A program made the translations under genes and the position numbers. Below, one piece after another: positions 14,866-27,165 of a DNA stretch of 64,000 nt (positions are counted from its first letter, which is position 1; the number at the start of each line of letters is the position of its first letter). The DNA is from Octopus sinensis. Taxonomy: Eukaryota. The stretch covers positions 45,570,001 to 45,634,000 of the forward strand of contig NC_043000.1 of the NCBI RefSeq assembly GCF_006345805.1, in the 5' to 3' direction. The notes beneath the pieces are model-generated. The model worked only from the letters and a program-made list of their open reading frames with translations, did no database searches and had not been told where the DNA came from.

Positions 14866-14923
<58 letters not shown>

Positions 14924-15065
14924 ATGTATGTATATAGATATATATATATAGAGAGAGAGAGGGAGAGATAGATATATAGATAGATGGAGAGACTGATAGA
15001 TAGATAGATAGATGTGTGTGTGTATACACACACACATATATAAACATACATATATATATGTATGT
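14841..15065. repeat. Compound microsatellite (TA)n-(GA)n-(TAGA)n-(TG)n
   Basis: Seen directly. It generates the spurious IYIYIY ORFs at 14763-15125. Confidence 0.95.
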
Positions 15066-15072
15066 ATATGTG

Positions 15073-16210
15073 TAGGTTATCAGAAAAATTTGTTCATTTC
15101 TTTCCATTTCTTTGAACTCACTCATAAAATATTTTTATGGTAGTGATTTAAGTTTTTCCTTTTTTAGTATTTTTTAGCTCTATTCTTCCTCTGTAACTTT
15201 TGTTTATCATTTTTGAAATTTCAAAAAAAGTTTTGATTTTTTTCAGACAATGGGGATAAAGTGCCAAGTAGAAATAAAATGAGCACTGATGAAACAAGGC
15301 TCCAAAGCTATTAAAGCCACTTGATACATTTGTGCAGTTTATGGAGAAGGCACTATTACAGAAGTGATTTTCATGTTGCAAGAAGGAGAAATTCGACTTC
15401 ACAAACTCTCTGCATTCCAGCTAACCTGCATAATCCAAGGAATGAGGTCATTCATGTGGATTCACACCATTCCTCTTGGAGATTAGCCCTGCAGATAAGA
15501 TGTTCTTCTGATACCATTATCTGTTACTTTCACTTAATATGTAAAGTCTAAAAGCTCAATGCTTGTGTGCCACACACTCTGAATAAAGGAGACAAATTCC
15601 AGAGCTTCTCTATCACCACCAGTTTGCTTATTGTACACATCACTTTTTATGGACAAGAATGGACATTTCTGTACTGCATTGTCACTGGTGATGAAGAAAG
15701 ATATCTTTACATAAATATGAAACAGAAGAAAGACTGAATGAGTCTCGACAAGCAAGTACACCTTTAGCTAAGCCAGAGCTGCATCTATTCAAGACAGTCC
15801 CCTCACCATTGCTTGACAACCGATTTTGGTGTGTTTATGTTCCCTGTAACTTAGCGGTATGGCAAAAGAGACCGATAAAATAAGTGGGCTACTCTACTAT
15901 GAAATGCTTGGAAACAACTACACAATAAATACAGAGATTTGCGTCCAGATTTGAGCAGCTGAAATGCCCCAATCTGTCTTTGAGGCATTTGATTCTACTA
16001 CAATGTGAAGCTGTAAATATGGCTCCATGAATTCTTTGAGTCAAGATCTGGTAATTTCTACTGTCAAGTATTGACAAGCTAGTGGAACTTTTGCAAGAAG
16101 TTGTGAACAGTAAATGAGAATATATTTTTGACTAATTTGTTAAAATTATTGAAAATAAGGATTAAATAGGAAAAAAAGCAAATTAATTATTTATCTAAAA
16201 TCCTGGTATA
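15073..16210 (+). mobile_element. Decayed mariner (Tc1/mariner) transposon interrupted by a SINE fragment (~15800-15885)
   Basis: Translated fragments KCQVE (~15260), ICAVYGEG (~15328), KLNACVPHTL (~15550), IVTGDE..YLYIN (~15680), YYEMLGNNYTIN (~15895) and KLVELLQEVVNSK*EYIFD* (~16075-16135) follow mariner transposase order. Degenerate TIR-like ends. Confidence 0.8.
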
Positions 16211-16364
16211 TATGCCTTGTGATCTATTACATGCTAAGAATGTAATAAAATAAATATTAAAATGAAAGACAAAACAAATATTATCTTACACTTAAGAATA
16301 CATGCCAGTAAGTATCATGAAACACACTATACCAAAGACAGTATGTAGTTTAAAAAAAAAACAG

Positions 16365-16635
16365 GAAGGGCTGTGTGGTAAGAAGCTTGTTTCCCAACCA
16401 CGAGGTTCCGGGTTCAGTTCCACTGCATGGTATCTTGGGCAAGTGTCTTCTTCTATAACCTCAGGCTGACCAAAGCTTTGTGAGTGGATTTGGTAGACAG
16501 AAACTGAAAGAAATGTGTGTGTGTATGCGTGTTTGTGTGTCTATTTTTCTCCCCTCACCATTGCTTTACAACCGATGTTGGTGTGTTTACATTCCCCATA
16601 ACTTAGCAAATGACTGAAGCAAGTAAAAGAGTAGA
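16365..16635 (+). mobile_element. SINE family 2 copy (3' internal deletion)
   Basis: Head ggctgtgtggtaagaagcttg...ggttccgggttcagttccactgc, core ttgggcaagtgtcttc. Confidence 0.85.
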
Positions 16636-17845
16636 AGAATATAAGAAGTGTTAAAAAGTGAGTACTGAGGCAAATTTCTAAAAAATTAGGAAAGCTTACC
16701 ATCTGTATTTAACCCTTTTGCTGTGGAAATAAGAAATATCCACTCAAAATTTCATCACTCTTAACTGTGGAAAGTAGTTTTATGTACCAATCTTTTTGAA
16801 GACTGTCTTGTTTTAACATATTCTTTATTGAGATATGTCAAGTTTATTGAGGCAATGTGACTTGCAAAAAATACCAATTCTATATTTTGGTAAGCATATA
16901 TTTAACATTATTTCTGGAAAAACTATGTAATTTATTTCCACAGTGGAAGGAATAAGGACTCTAAGAAGCTAGGCTCTCAATGTGGTCACATATTAGATAT
17001 ATCAGAAAATTTTCCATAAAATCACACTCTGCTCTTAAAAAGAGAGAAAGGAAGGACATAGTGGATTATGTAGAATAAGATAAACCTTGTTTGCAAAGGT
17101 GGGTTGGTCATGGCAAGATGACTTTTAATTATAGGTCTATTACATGTAGGCTGAACTGGGTTTGAAGCAACAACAATGATTGAATCTAACTTTAATAATA
17201 AACTTCACTATTAAAGAGTACTTAGGTAAATGCAAGCATAAATGCGACCCTAAGTGAACATCTTAAAAAATGACTTAAGCTTAAGGAAAAAAAAAAACAA
17301 AGAAATAATCGACCATTGAAATTGTCATTCAGTGAATTTCAAGGTAGATTAGAGAAATACATTTCCAGAATAATTCATAAAAAAGCAGTTAACTGAAATT
17401 GTCATGTGTACTGTGAAGAATGGGAATCAAAATGATTACTTAAATAGTCATTCTTAATTCATTCTAGCAGTTCTAATATAAATATGCTAACTACTCTTGT
17501 TTCTCATCAATGGAGAACAGCTTTTTCAGAATGTGTGTCCATAGCACCATCAGTTTATTAGCAGAAGGGGACTATGGGACACTCAGTGTTTTGATATTAC
17601 TGTATCACCTTGGGCAAAATGCCCAATGTTCTGACATTGTTGTATCTCCTTGGATTAATGAATCTTGGAAGCATTTATGTCACTTGTTTATTACGTCAGC
17701 AAGCAAATTATATGCTGGCATATGCTGATATCTGCCAAGCAATAATAAATCATCATGTTCATGGTGAACAGCAAAAATCAAAATGATGTGTTACATATTC
17801 ATTCTTAATTCATTCTGGCAGTTCAAATGTGAATATGCAATGTCA

Positions 17846-18355
17846 TCATCATCATCATCATCATTTAACGCCCACTTTCCATGCTAGCATGGGTTGGACG
17901 ATTTGACTGAGGTCTGGCGAACCAGATGGCTGCACCAGACTCCAGTCTGTTCTGGCAGAGTTTCTACAGCTGAATGCCCTTCCTGACACCAACCACTCTG
18001 AGAGTGTAGTAAATGTCAGTGTTATAAATTACAATGGTTTTGTAAACACACATACACACAGATGTTATTCGACACCATCAATTCAAGTATTAAAGTCAAC
18101 ACTATCTTCCACACATACAAGGTTGTCCTTTCAGGTGCTTGTGCTACTTAAAAAGCACTGTGTAAATGTACCCATGCCAGTGGCATGTAAAAAGTACCCA
18201 GTACACTCTGTAAAGTGGTTGGTTTAAGGAAGAGCTTCCAGCCATAGAAACCATAACAGACATTTGGAGTATGGACAGCTTCCTGTTACCAGCTCCTTGT
18301 CAAGCCATCCAACTCATGCCAGCATAGAAAGCAGATGTTAAATGATGATGATGAT
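17846..18355. mobile_element. Inverted pair of SINE family 3 fragments ((GAT)n RTE-like tail): - at 17846-18010, + at 18172-18355
   Basis: Both match 60761-61038 (ggaagggcatccagctgtagaaac ... ccatgctagcatggaaag...gttaaa.gatgatgat). Confidence 0.75.
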
Positions 18356-18574
18356 ACACACATAAGAAGTTAGTTGACACCATCAATTCAAGTATTAGAC
18401 TGAATTATATTTGACCAACTCTCAAAGGACAAACAACAAAAAGCCTCAGTAGGATTTCTACTTTTGTACTCAGAAAAATAAAAATCCTGAATGTATATTG
18501 AAAAGTAGTTTTCCAATACTACAACAATCAGGCCAATCTCCCACCCTCAAACTATTGCTACTCATTTTTTCTGA

Positions 18575-19051
18575 AGTAGGCACAAGCCTGAAACTTTGGG
18601 AAGACATACTAAGTTCGTTATACTAAATACATTTCATGCTAGGTACTTGCTTTTATCGGACCTAAAAAATTTTAAGGTAAAGTTGACCATAATGGAATTT
18701 GAACTCAGAATGGAAAGCATCAAAATAAATACCTAAAGGTAATTTGCCCAATGCTCTAACATTTCTTTCTGCCAATTGATTAGCAATCAATCAATCAATC
18801 AATCAATCAACAAATCAATCAATAATAATGGTTTCAAATTTTGCCACAAGAGCAGCAATTTGGTGGGAGGGGATAAATCAATTTCATTGACTTCAGTGGT
18901 TTCTCTGGTACTTATTTTATCAACCCTGAAAGGATGAAAGGCAAAGTTGACCACAGCAGAATATGAATACAGAACAACAGAACAAAGCAACAGGTGAAAT
19001 ACCACTAAGCATCTCATCCAGTGCGCTAACGATTCTGCCAGCTCAGTACCT
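18575..19051 (-). mobile_element. Two diverged SINE family 1 copies
   Basis: Reverse-complement core (ggtacttattttatc...gaaaggatgaaaggcaaagttgacc...gaatttgaactcagaa) and head ctgccagctc. Confidence 0.7.
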
Positions 19052-20602
19052 TAATAATAATAATAATAATAACAATAATAATAATAATAATGATGATGAT
19101 GATGAAACAACAATATAAGAGATACAACTCAAACCAAAGAAAAAATTGAGGGACAAAATAACAATAGCTCTACCAATAAGGAAGGGACAACTGGCACCAA
19201 CGACTTAAGTGATTTAAGTGCGGAAGATCAGGTTTTAGATGAGTTGTAGGAAGTAGTGAGTAAAAGACTGAAAGCATTAAAAGGCATCAACAGAAGGAAG
19301 CTGCTAGAAATGACTAGGAAAGTAGATTGTGTTATCAATAGGATAAATACTAGAAATATAGAAGTCCTTAACTTATTGATCTATGCAGAAGTAGTAGTCA
19401 CCAGAATATTAGATATCTCACAGGAAAGGATTAGAAAAGAGAAAACGTGGAAAAGGAAACTACAAAATGGAAGACTTTAAGACTAGATCTGAGTAGAATA
19501 GAAGCCTAGAAAGCAAGCAAGTTAGGAAACACAAGATGCAAATCTTCCCTCGAGAAAAGATACTTAGTCAGAGAAAATATTTGGGACAGTAATAGAAGAG
19601 TAAAAATAGCGTATCAGAGCAGTAGCAGACAAACTCTCCAGATATCAGAAAAGAATAGATCAGTATCAACAGAATAGATTATTTAAGACAGACCAGAGGA
19701 GATTTTGTAACTGAATAGTGGAAAAGGAAGTACTGAGATGAGAAACCTAATGCGGAAGAAGCTAGAAAGTTCTGGAGTAATATTTGGGATGAGCCAGTCA
19801 ATCATAATAGACATGCAGTATAATTAAAGAAAGTGTGGAAAGCAGCCAGCTGTAAGATTAACTAGTGCATTAATGAGTAAAGTGTTAGGAAAAATGCCGA
19901 ATTGGAAGGGCCCAGGACCAGATTTAGTTCAAGGGTACTGGCTATAGAAATTTATATGGGAGCCTTAGGGAACAACTTCAAGATTTCCTTAGTGAAGGAA
20001 TAATACTAAATTGGATGACTAGAGGGAGGACAGTATTCATTATGAAGGATAAGAGCAAGGGTAATACAGCTAGCAACTATAGACCAATGATTTGCTTATC
20101 ATTAGTGTGGGGACAACTAGAAGTTACTGCCAGAAAAACAGAAAGGTTGCAGGAAGAAGGCTAGAGGAATGCATAATATGTTATATGCTGATGAAGCAGC
20201 TCTAAATGAAGTAAAGACTAGGAAGAAAAATCTAACAATAGCATGGATTGATTATAGGGAAGCCTATGACATGATCCCACACTCATGGATGAGTGAATGT
20301 TTGAGTATATTCATTATAGCAAACATAAGAGAATTAATTAGCTGTAGCATGAAGAAATGGAAACTAGATCTATACTCTGGTGACACACTTCTCGGGGAAA
20401 GTTAATATCAAAACATGAATCTTCCAGGGGGACTCGTTCTTCCCTTTAATATTTGTCTTATGTTTGATCCCCCTCAGTTTAGTATTAAGGAAGGCAAAGG
20501 CAGGGTATCAGTTCAGAAAGAGTAATAAAAAAATTAACCATTTGCTCTACATGGATGTTCTGAAGCTTTTTAGCATGAATGAAAAAGAGATAGATTCCTT
20601 AA

Positions 20603-23095
20603 CCCTTGGTCTACCAGAGAAAATGTACGTTACTAATTACCAACTGGGTTCAATGGACCCAATAATTTTCTTTTCATTAAATTTTATTCAAACTATCACT
20701 ATTTCTTAGCTACATTATATATGCTGTCAGGTGAATGGAGAATTACTGTTTCTCACAAATTTAATTAAAAAAATAGGCTTAGAGAGCATATTATAAATTT
20801 TAAAAATTACAAAAATTACAAAAATACAGAATTACAGCTCTTCAAAGTAGTGAATGCAGACAACATTGGAATGTTCCTGGCAAACATGGATATTACAATT
20901 CTAACATGTAGTACAAGTTTTCCTGTCTCTTTTGGAGCTACACAATGAACATCTTCCTTTTTTCTTTGATTGAGGAATCTCAAATGAGGTTGAAGATTGT
21001 CTTCTTTTCTTGTTTGGTCGAGAAATATTAGCGGAACTAGAAGATTGTTTGTCATGTTCGTGTTTAGCATTAACTCAAGCAAGTTCCTTTCCTAACTGAA
21101 TTAGGCACTGTCTTCTTTTATCCTTGAAACTTTGCAAGTGAAGCTGTTAAGCAACGATGAAAGCATTCCCTGTACTTATATCAATCATGTTGTAGAATAT
21201 AACCATAGGCCATCTTCAAGTAATTCTTCTGTAAATGTATGTCCTTACCATCTTATCTAGGGTATCTACTCCTCCTTTTGTTTTGTTGTAACATGTAATA
21301 ACTTCAGGTTTCTTTTCAGCACTTTTTGAATCAACTGAAGGCTGAGAGTGCATTGTACTCATAAGTGTGACTACATAATTTTTCTTAGAACAATAAGATA
21401 GGATCATAGAATCTTTTTAAAATCCAAATATTGTGCTGTTGATTTCTCTTTCTTTTCCATTTGTGAAAGCACTTGGAAGTTCAACTCTGTTCTCTCTAAT
21501 TGTTCCAACTAAAGTCACTTTCTTGCTAAGTAGCTTTCGAGCCAATCCTAGGCTTGTAAAATTACAAGTTATACTGAGACCAGTATTTTCATGTTCTTTT
21601 ACTAGGTCTTCAACAACACTTGAAACTTGATTTGTCTTTTTCCCTTTTACTCAGTCTTTTCCAGTGTAGATTTGCATTTTACAAGCATAAGATGTTTCAC
21701 TGTGAGATATTGCACAAATCTTAATTCCATATCTCCCTAGTTTTGAAGGAATATATACCCGGAATGGGCAGTGCCCTCTGAATGAAACTAATTTTTCATC
21801 AACTGTCAAGCATGAACTTGGAACATATGCATCTTGCAAATTCTGATTCCACATTTCAAATACTTCTCTTATGGGCTCCAATTTATCATCACTTCTCTTT
21901 TTTCTTCTTTCACTAACATCATCAAAATGCAAATACTTGTTTAATCTGTTGAAATCTTCCCCAGCTCATAATTTTGTTGAATATTAGGTGGCAATCTTCT
22001 TGACTCCATAACTGTGTGACCATTTCATGTTTAGATTTACAAACACCTATGAGAATAATCAGTCCAATAAAATGCCTTTAGTTCAGAGTGAGCAATTTCC
22101 TTCCATTTATCTTTGTAAACAACCTGACCTTCAACATTTGTCCATTTACGAATTACTTCAGGAAAATTCTGGTGCATAAAGATTGTAAAACATGTTTAAA
22201 TACTATTGCAAAGCCTTTTAGCAAAACAGGATGATCCACATTCTTGGTGTACAATATTGCAAGATGAAGTTCTTACTGCTGCTTGGGAAAGAGGATTAGA
22301 ATGCCAAACTTCTTGTCTATCTCTAGAAACATATTGCTCATTCATAATTGGGTTGGCTTGCAGATAATTGCCTTTGAGTATCTTCATCTGATGACACAAT
22401 CACTTTCACCATTATCCTCAGAACAATAGAAGGAATCACTACTATTTTCTTCCCATTCTTCATCTAATTCCAGTAACAATTTCAATATTTGGACTTCACT
22501 CAAGTTTTCATGTCTAGGCATATTGGAAAGCACAATTAAACTATATGAAACTTGATAGCAGACTAAAGGCAGATATTGCCCTCTCATATATTTATACTCT
22601 CCTGAAATATGATGCAATATATTGTAAGAAATGCATCATCACATAGAAATATTGCATCACCCTATAATCTAGTAGATTGAAGGTGATGCAATACCACACA
22701 AAATTACAGGAATATTTTCATGATTTTTCCTCTTTTATCTAAGATCAGCAAATAAATTGAATACAATTTTATCTATTTTATATCTGATAAATATCTAGGA
22801 AAATAATATTTGATACTGCTTTTATTCTGTTTAGAATGACAAGCGTATTAATTCTAGGGTCCAGTGGACCCTTATGGTAATTAATGTATAACGTAAAATT
22901 TTCTAGCTTTTATAAACATGGAAAATTTCCTATTTGACAAATAAAAGAGAGTCAAGAAAAAATAAGAGTCACAAGAAATCATCAGAATCAAATAATATAA
23001 ACAGTAGATAAAAGCAACTGAAACAATAGGTAAAAGCAACTGAAAAATCTGAATTGGGTCCATTGGATTCATTGGACCCATTGGCAGATGGAAGG
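20603..23095 (-). mobile_element. piggyBac transposon, complete ends, flanked by TTAA TSD
   Basis: TTAA at 20599-20602 and 23096-23099. Left end CCCTT, right end ...GAAGG. Subterminal palindromic repeats tgggt(t/c)caatggaccca near both ends. Removing the element restores the host LINE frame. Confidence 0.92.
20832..22521 (-). pseudogene. piggyBac transposase pseudogene (PGBD4-like)
   Basis: MPRHENLSE.. acidic N-terminus, LTVDEKLVSFRGHCPFRVYIPSK.GRYGIK, YNKTKGGVDTLDKM, C-terminal Cys-rich RCSLC...CTTC*NC...VCQEH...VC. Several stops and frameshifts. The second catalytic Asp motif reads ITCNFTS instead of ITCDNFFTS. Confidence 0.9.
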
Positions 23096-23200
23096 TTAAT
23101 ACAGACTGTAAGACTATTCTGCAAAGATATAGGAATGGAATTTGGCATAGATAAGCGTGCAATGTTAGTCATGAGAAAGAGACAGGTAGTCAACAGCGAA

Positions 23201-23421
23201 CTGGCAGAAATGTTAGCACGCCGGGCGAAATGCCTAGTGGTATTTCGTCTGTCGTTACGTTGTGAGTTCAAATTCCGCCGAGGTCGACTTTGCCTTTCAT
23301 CCTTTCAGGGTCGATAAATTAAGTACCAGTTATGCACTGGGGTCGATGTAACCGACTTAATACCTATGTCTGTCCTTGTTTGTCCCCTCTATGTTTAACC
23401 CCTTGTGGGTAATAAAGAAAT
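23201..23421 (+). mobile_element. SINE family 1 copy with 17-bp TSD inside the R4 LINE
   Basis: TSD aggtagtcaacagcgaa at 23184-23200 and 23422-23438. Confidence 0.93.
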
Positions 23422-23972
23422 AGGTAGTCAACAGCGAAGGCATCCAATTACCAGATGGCCATACATTGAAATCATTGAAAGGAGGAGAGAGTTATAAGTA
23501 TCTAGGAGTATTAGAATCTGACAGAGTACTAACTACAGAAATGAAAACGAAAATTGGGAATGGTGAGGAAGCTAATGAAGTCAAAGCTAGATGGTCCAGA
23601 TCTAGTGAGGGCTGTCCTCTCTCTCTCGCATTGCACTTTCTTCAAGTATACCTCGTCTGCTTAACATCTTTTATTTTTCTTTGTCTTTGTACCTCTGCCT
23701 TCAACTGTAGAAAAGTAACAGTAACATCCACAGCTATTTGCTGAGAGAGAGACAAACAGATTGAGAGAGAGAAAGAGTGTTGTCCCTCATTTTGCCACTT
23801 TGTCTCTTACTTCAACTGTACTTTCTCTGCTGAACAAGTGTATTTCTCTCTTTTTAATCTTCCTTTGAAGTAATTGTGACACACACCACAGGTACGTACA
23901 TAAGAAAATAGCGTATTAATATTATGATGATGACGATGACAATGTTGATGATGATAAGAATGGGAGGAGGGG

Positions 23973-24017
23973 AGAAGAAGAAGAAGAAGAAGAAGAAGAA
24001 GAAGAAGAAGAAGAAGA
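23973..24017. repeat. (GAA)n microsatellite
   Basis: Seen directly. Confidence 0.95.
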
Positions 24018-24104
24018 ATGCTTATATAGATCATTAATTGATTCTGCCTCTTAAAATACCTAATTTTACAAATTTTGTCATGTGACAAATTATGATATTG
24101 TAAC

Positions 24105-25560
24105 GAACTCAGTTTTTACAGAGTTTTTAGGCCATTTACAACAAAGTTACAAAATGTGAAGACAAATATATCATTCTTACAACTTGAATTGAGTAGAAAT
24201 AGACTACTGCACTTTTTAGATTACATACTTTTCAACATTTCTTGTATGAGAAAATTGCTTTCCCTCAATCTAGTCCTTAAAAAAATGTTCATTTTTGGTC
24301 AATTTCAATCATATTTATGAAACATAAAATTTCAAATGCCTCTTATTTCAGTATGTAATAACTGAGTATTTTACCCTCAATAACTATGATTATTATTGAT
24401 TTCCTCTCAGTACCTATGATACAGTAAAGCTCTATTATGACTCCATGGCCTTTGGGAATCAAAGTGAGGCTTGATCATAGATCATTTCTGGTCATCTCAA
24501 CACACATTGCCTGTTAACATTATGCCAAAAAAGGTGACATCAAACCAAATGTTTAGGTCATTATGATACATCTTAAAAGGTTTAAATGTTTTATTGAGTG
24601 AGGGTGAATAGCTTGGCAGAAATTTTAAATTTTGTAACAGACTATATAATTTGAAAATGAGGAAAATGGAAATTTCACTGAAAAAAGAGATGGTGAAAAA
24701 TATCACGGAAAATGATATTTACTAAATGATGTAGAAGCTTTTCAGTATATTGTTGTATATGAGAGTGAATATTCCAACAGAAATTCTGTATTTTATAAAT
24801 CTGATTGAAATTGGCCAAAAATGAAAATTATTTTAAGGATCGGGGTGGAGGAAAATATAATTTTCTTATTCAAGAAAATCTGAAAATTATGTATTCTAAA
24901 GAGAACAGCATATTTTAAATAGTCTATTTCAGCACGTTTTAGAAGGTGACTGAATATACATTTTTAATATTTTATAACCAACTTGAAAATGTCTAAAAAT
25001 GAAAAATCTGTAAGGGCCAATTTGGATAAAATATTATTTGTCATGTGAGAGAAATTGAAAATTATGTATTCTAAAAGAGGCAGAATCCATTAATGATCTA
25101 TATCTGTGGGTTTAGTCGGAGAAAGGGAGTTATTCTGTAACATTTTATAACTAAACTAAAAGTAGCAAAAATTGAAAAATTTTGTATGAAATAGGGTGGG
25201 GAAAATATGGTTTTTGTCACTGAGAAAATCTGAAAATTATGTATTCTGAAAGGTGCAGAATATATTAAATGGCCTATTCCAATATATTTTATTGGGTGAA
25301 AGGGAATATATTGGAGAGATTTTATATTTCATTACATGGCCAAACATGGAGCTTTTTGGAAGAACTGAGGTGAAGAAAAATATCGTTTCTGTCATTATGA
25401 GCTAAACTGAGAATCATAAATTCTAAAACATGCTGAAGTTTTATATTTTATAATTAGCATGAAAATGTTCGAAATGAAAAATACTTTAAGAAACGTGTTG
25501 GGGTAAAATATCCTGTTTGCTATATAGTAAATGTTGAAAATTATATATTGTGCAAAATCA
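24105..25560. repeat. Foldback-like element: inverted arms built of ~175-bp tandem units
   Basis: 24288-24310 is the reverse complement of 24803-24825 (22/23), with similarity extending over ~24196-24325 vs 24790-24935. Motif gaaaattatgtattct at 24882, 25057, 25232 and degenerate at ~25409. Confidence 0.7.
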
Positions 25561-26017
25561 TTGAAGCATGTTTAGCAAGGCAGCTACAGGAGACACACAC
25601 AGTTAGGAGCAAGCTCCCATAGATTTTATTGATCTAAAGTGGTCAGTGACTAGGTTTAATGCTCATTAGTCTGGTGGTCACTAAAATAAAAGTCAAGATA
25701 GATAAATAGCTTGTGAGAGCTATGTAAGCTATAAACAGAAGTGCAGTTAAAGAGTTAATAAGCTTAGTGAAGAATTTAGCTAATAGGTTGGAAGTTAAGA
25801 CTAGAATCAAAAGATCTCAGGGTAAACGGAGCAAAGATAAGAATTTTGGTTAGCAAAATGGAAGGACTTTATTAACACCAGGGAAATAGCTATGCTTCAT
25901 TTGCAGAAAAAAAAAGAGGTAGGAATTCCACACAGTGTACCAAACAGTAAACTTTGGATGCATCAGAGGTGTACTAGTATCACTGATGGATAGACAGGAA
26001 AGTAGACTATATATATA

Positions 26018-26144
26018 CAGGGTGTCCCAAAAAATGTATACACACCTTAAATAATTGTAAATTTGTTATTCTTTGTAAGCCTAGTACTTATTCTATCGTT
26101 CTCTTTTGCTGAACCACAATGTGTATACATTTTTTTGGGACACC

Positions 26145-26147
<3 letters not shown>
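26018..26147. mobile_element. 130-bp Tc1/mariner-type MITE with ~27-bp TIRs in a TA context
   Basis: cagggtgtcccaaaaaatgtatacaca ... tgtgtatacatttttttgggacaccctg, flanked by TA on both sides. Confidence 0.88.
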
Positions 26148-26149
<2 letters not shown>

Positions 26150-26185
<36 letters not shown>

Positions 26186-26450
26186 GTATCATCATCATCA
26201 TCATCATCGTTTAAGCGGACGTTAAACGATGATGATGATGATGATGATACTCTTTTACTTGTTTCAGTCATTTGACTGTGGCCATGCTGGAGCACCGCCT
26301 TTAGTCAAGCAACTTGACCCCGGGACTTATTCTTTGTAAGCCCAGTACTTATTCTATCGGTCTCTTTTGCCAAGCTACTAAGTGATGGGGACATAAACAC
26401 ACCAGCATCGGTTGTCAAGCAATGTTAGGGGGATAAACACAGACACACAA

Positions 26451-26481
<31 letters not shown>

Positions 26482-26643
26482 CATATATACGACAGGCTTC
26501 TTTTAGTTTCCGTCTACCAAATCCACTCACAAGGTTTTGGTCGGCCCGAGGCTATAGTAAAAGACATTTGCCCAAGGTGCCATGCAGTGGGACTGAACCA
26601 TGTGGTTGGTAAGCAAGCTACTTACCACACAGCCTCTCCTGCG

Positions 26644-26680
<37 letters not shown>

Positions 26681-27134
26681 GTGATGCACAAGAGTTGCCA
26701 GTAAAAATACACATAAAATTATTTTTCTCTGACCTTCAGAAATCATTGATAGATTTGGTTACCTATGTGGCCAAATTAGCAGCAGAAGTAAGTGTTCCAC
26801 AACCATTGTCCTAGATTAAAAACAGGGTAAAAAGCATTTAGGGAGTTCTAACTGCTAGTGCTCTTCTAGCAAAAATGTTTTCTCTCTAACTGTGAAAGGC
26901 ATACTATATGATCTTTGAGCATGAAATGATGCTGTGTGCTATGGATTTTGATTATAGAAGATTTATAAAAGATGGTAAAAACTTCAGTGAGCATGCTTCA
27001 GGGAAATGTAAAAATTAGCATATATGAATAATAGAGTGAAAATGAATTGAGAGAAAACCTGGATATAAAAGGAAACAGATGTAGTTTACAAAGCACACAC
27101 ACACATACACACACACACACCACACACACACACA

Positions 27135-27165
<31 letters not shown>

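Larger units (their letters stand above)
19105..23610 (+). mobile_element. R4/Dong-clade non-LTR retrotransposon (dead, 3' truncated), split by piggyBac and SINE insertions
   Basis: QYQQNRLF (~19660), ARKFWSNIW (~19760), MPNWKGPGPDLVQGYW (~19894), NYRP, AWIDYREAYDMIPHSW (~20240), IFQGDS (~20420), INHLLYMD (~20535). After removing the inserts the frame continues DSL|IQTVRLFCKDIGMEFGIDK...VVNSE|GIQLPDG...YKYLGVLE. These are typical R4-clade RT motifs. Confidence 0.9.
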
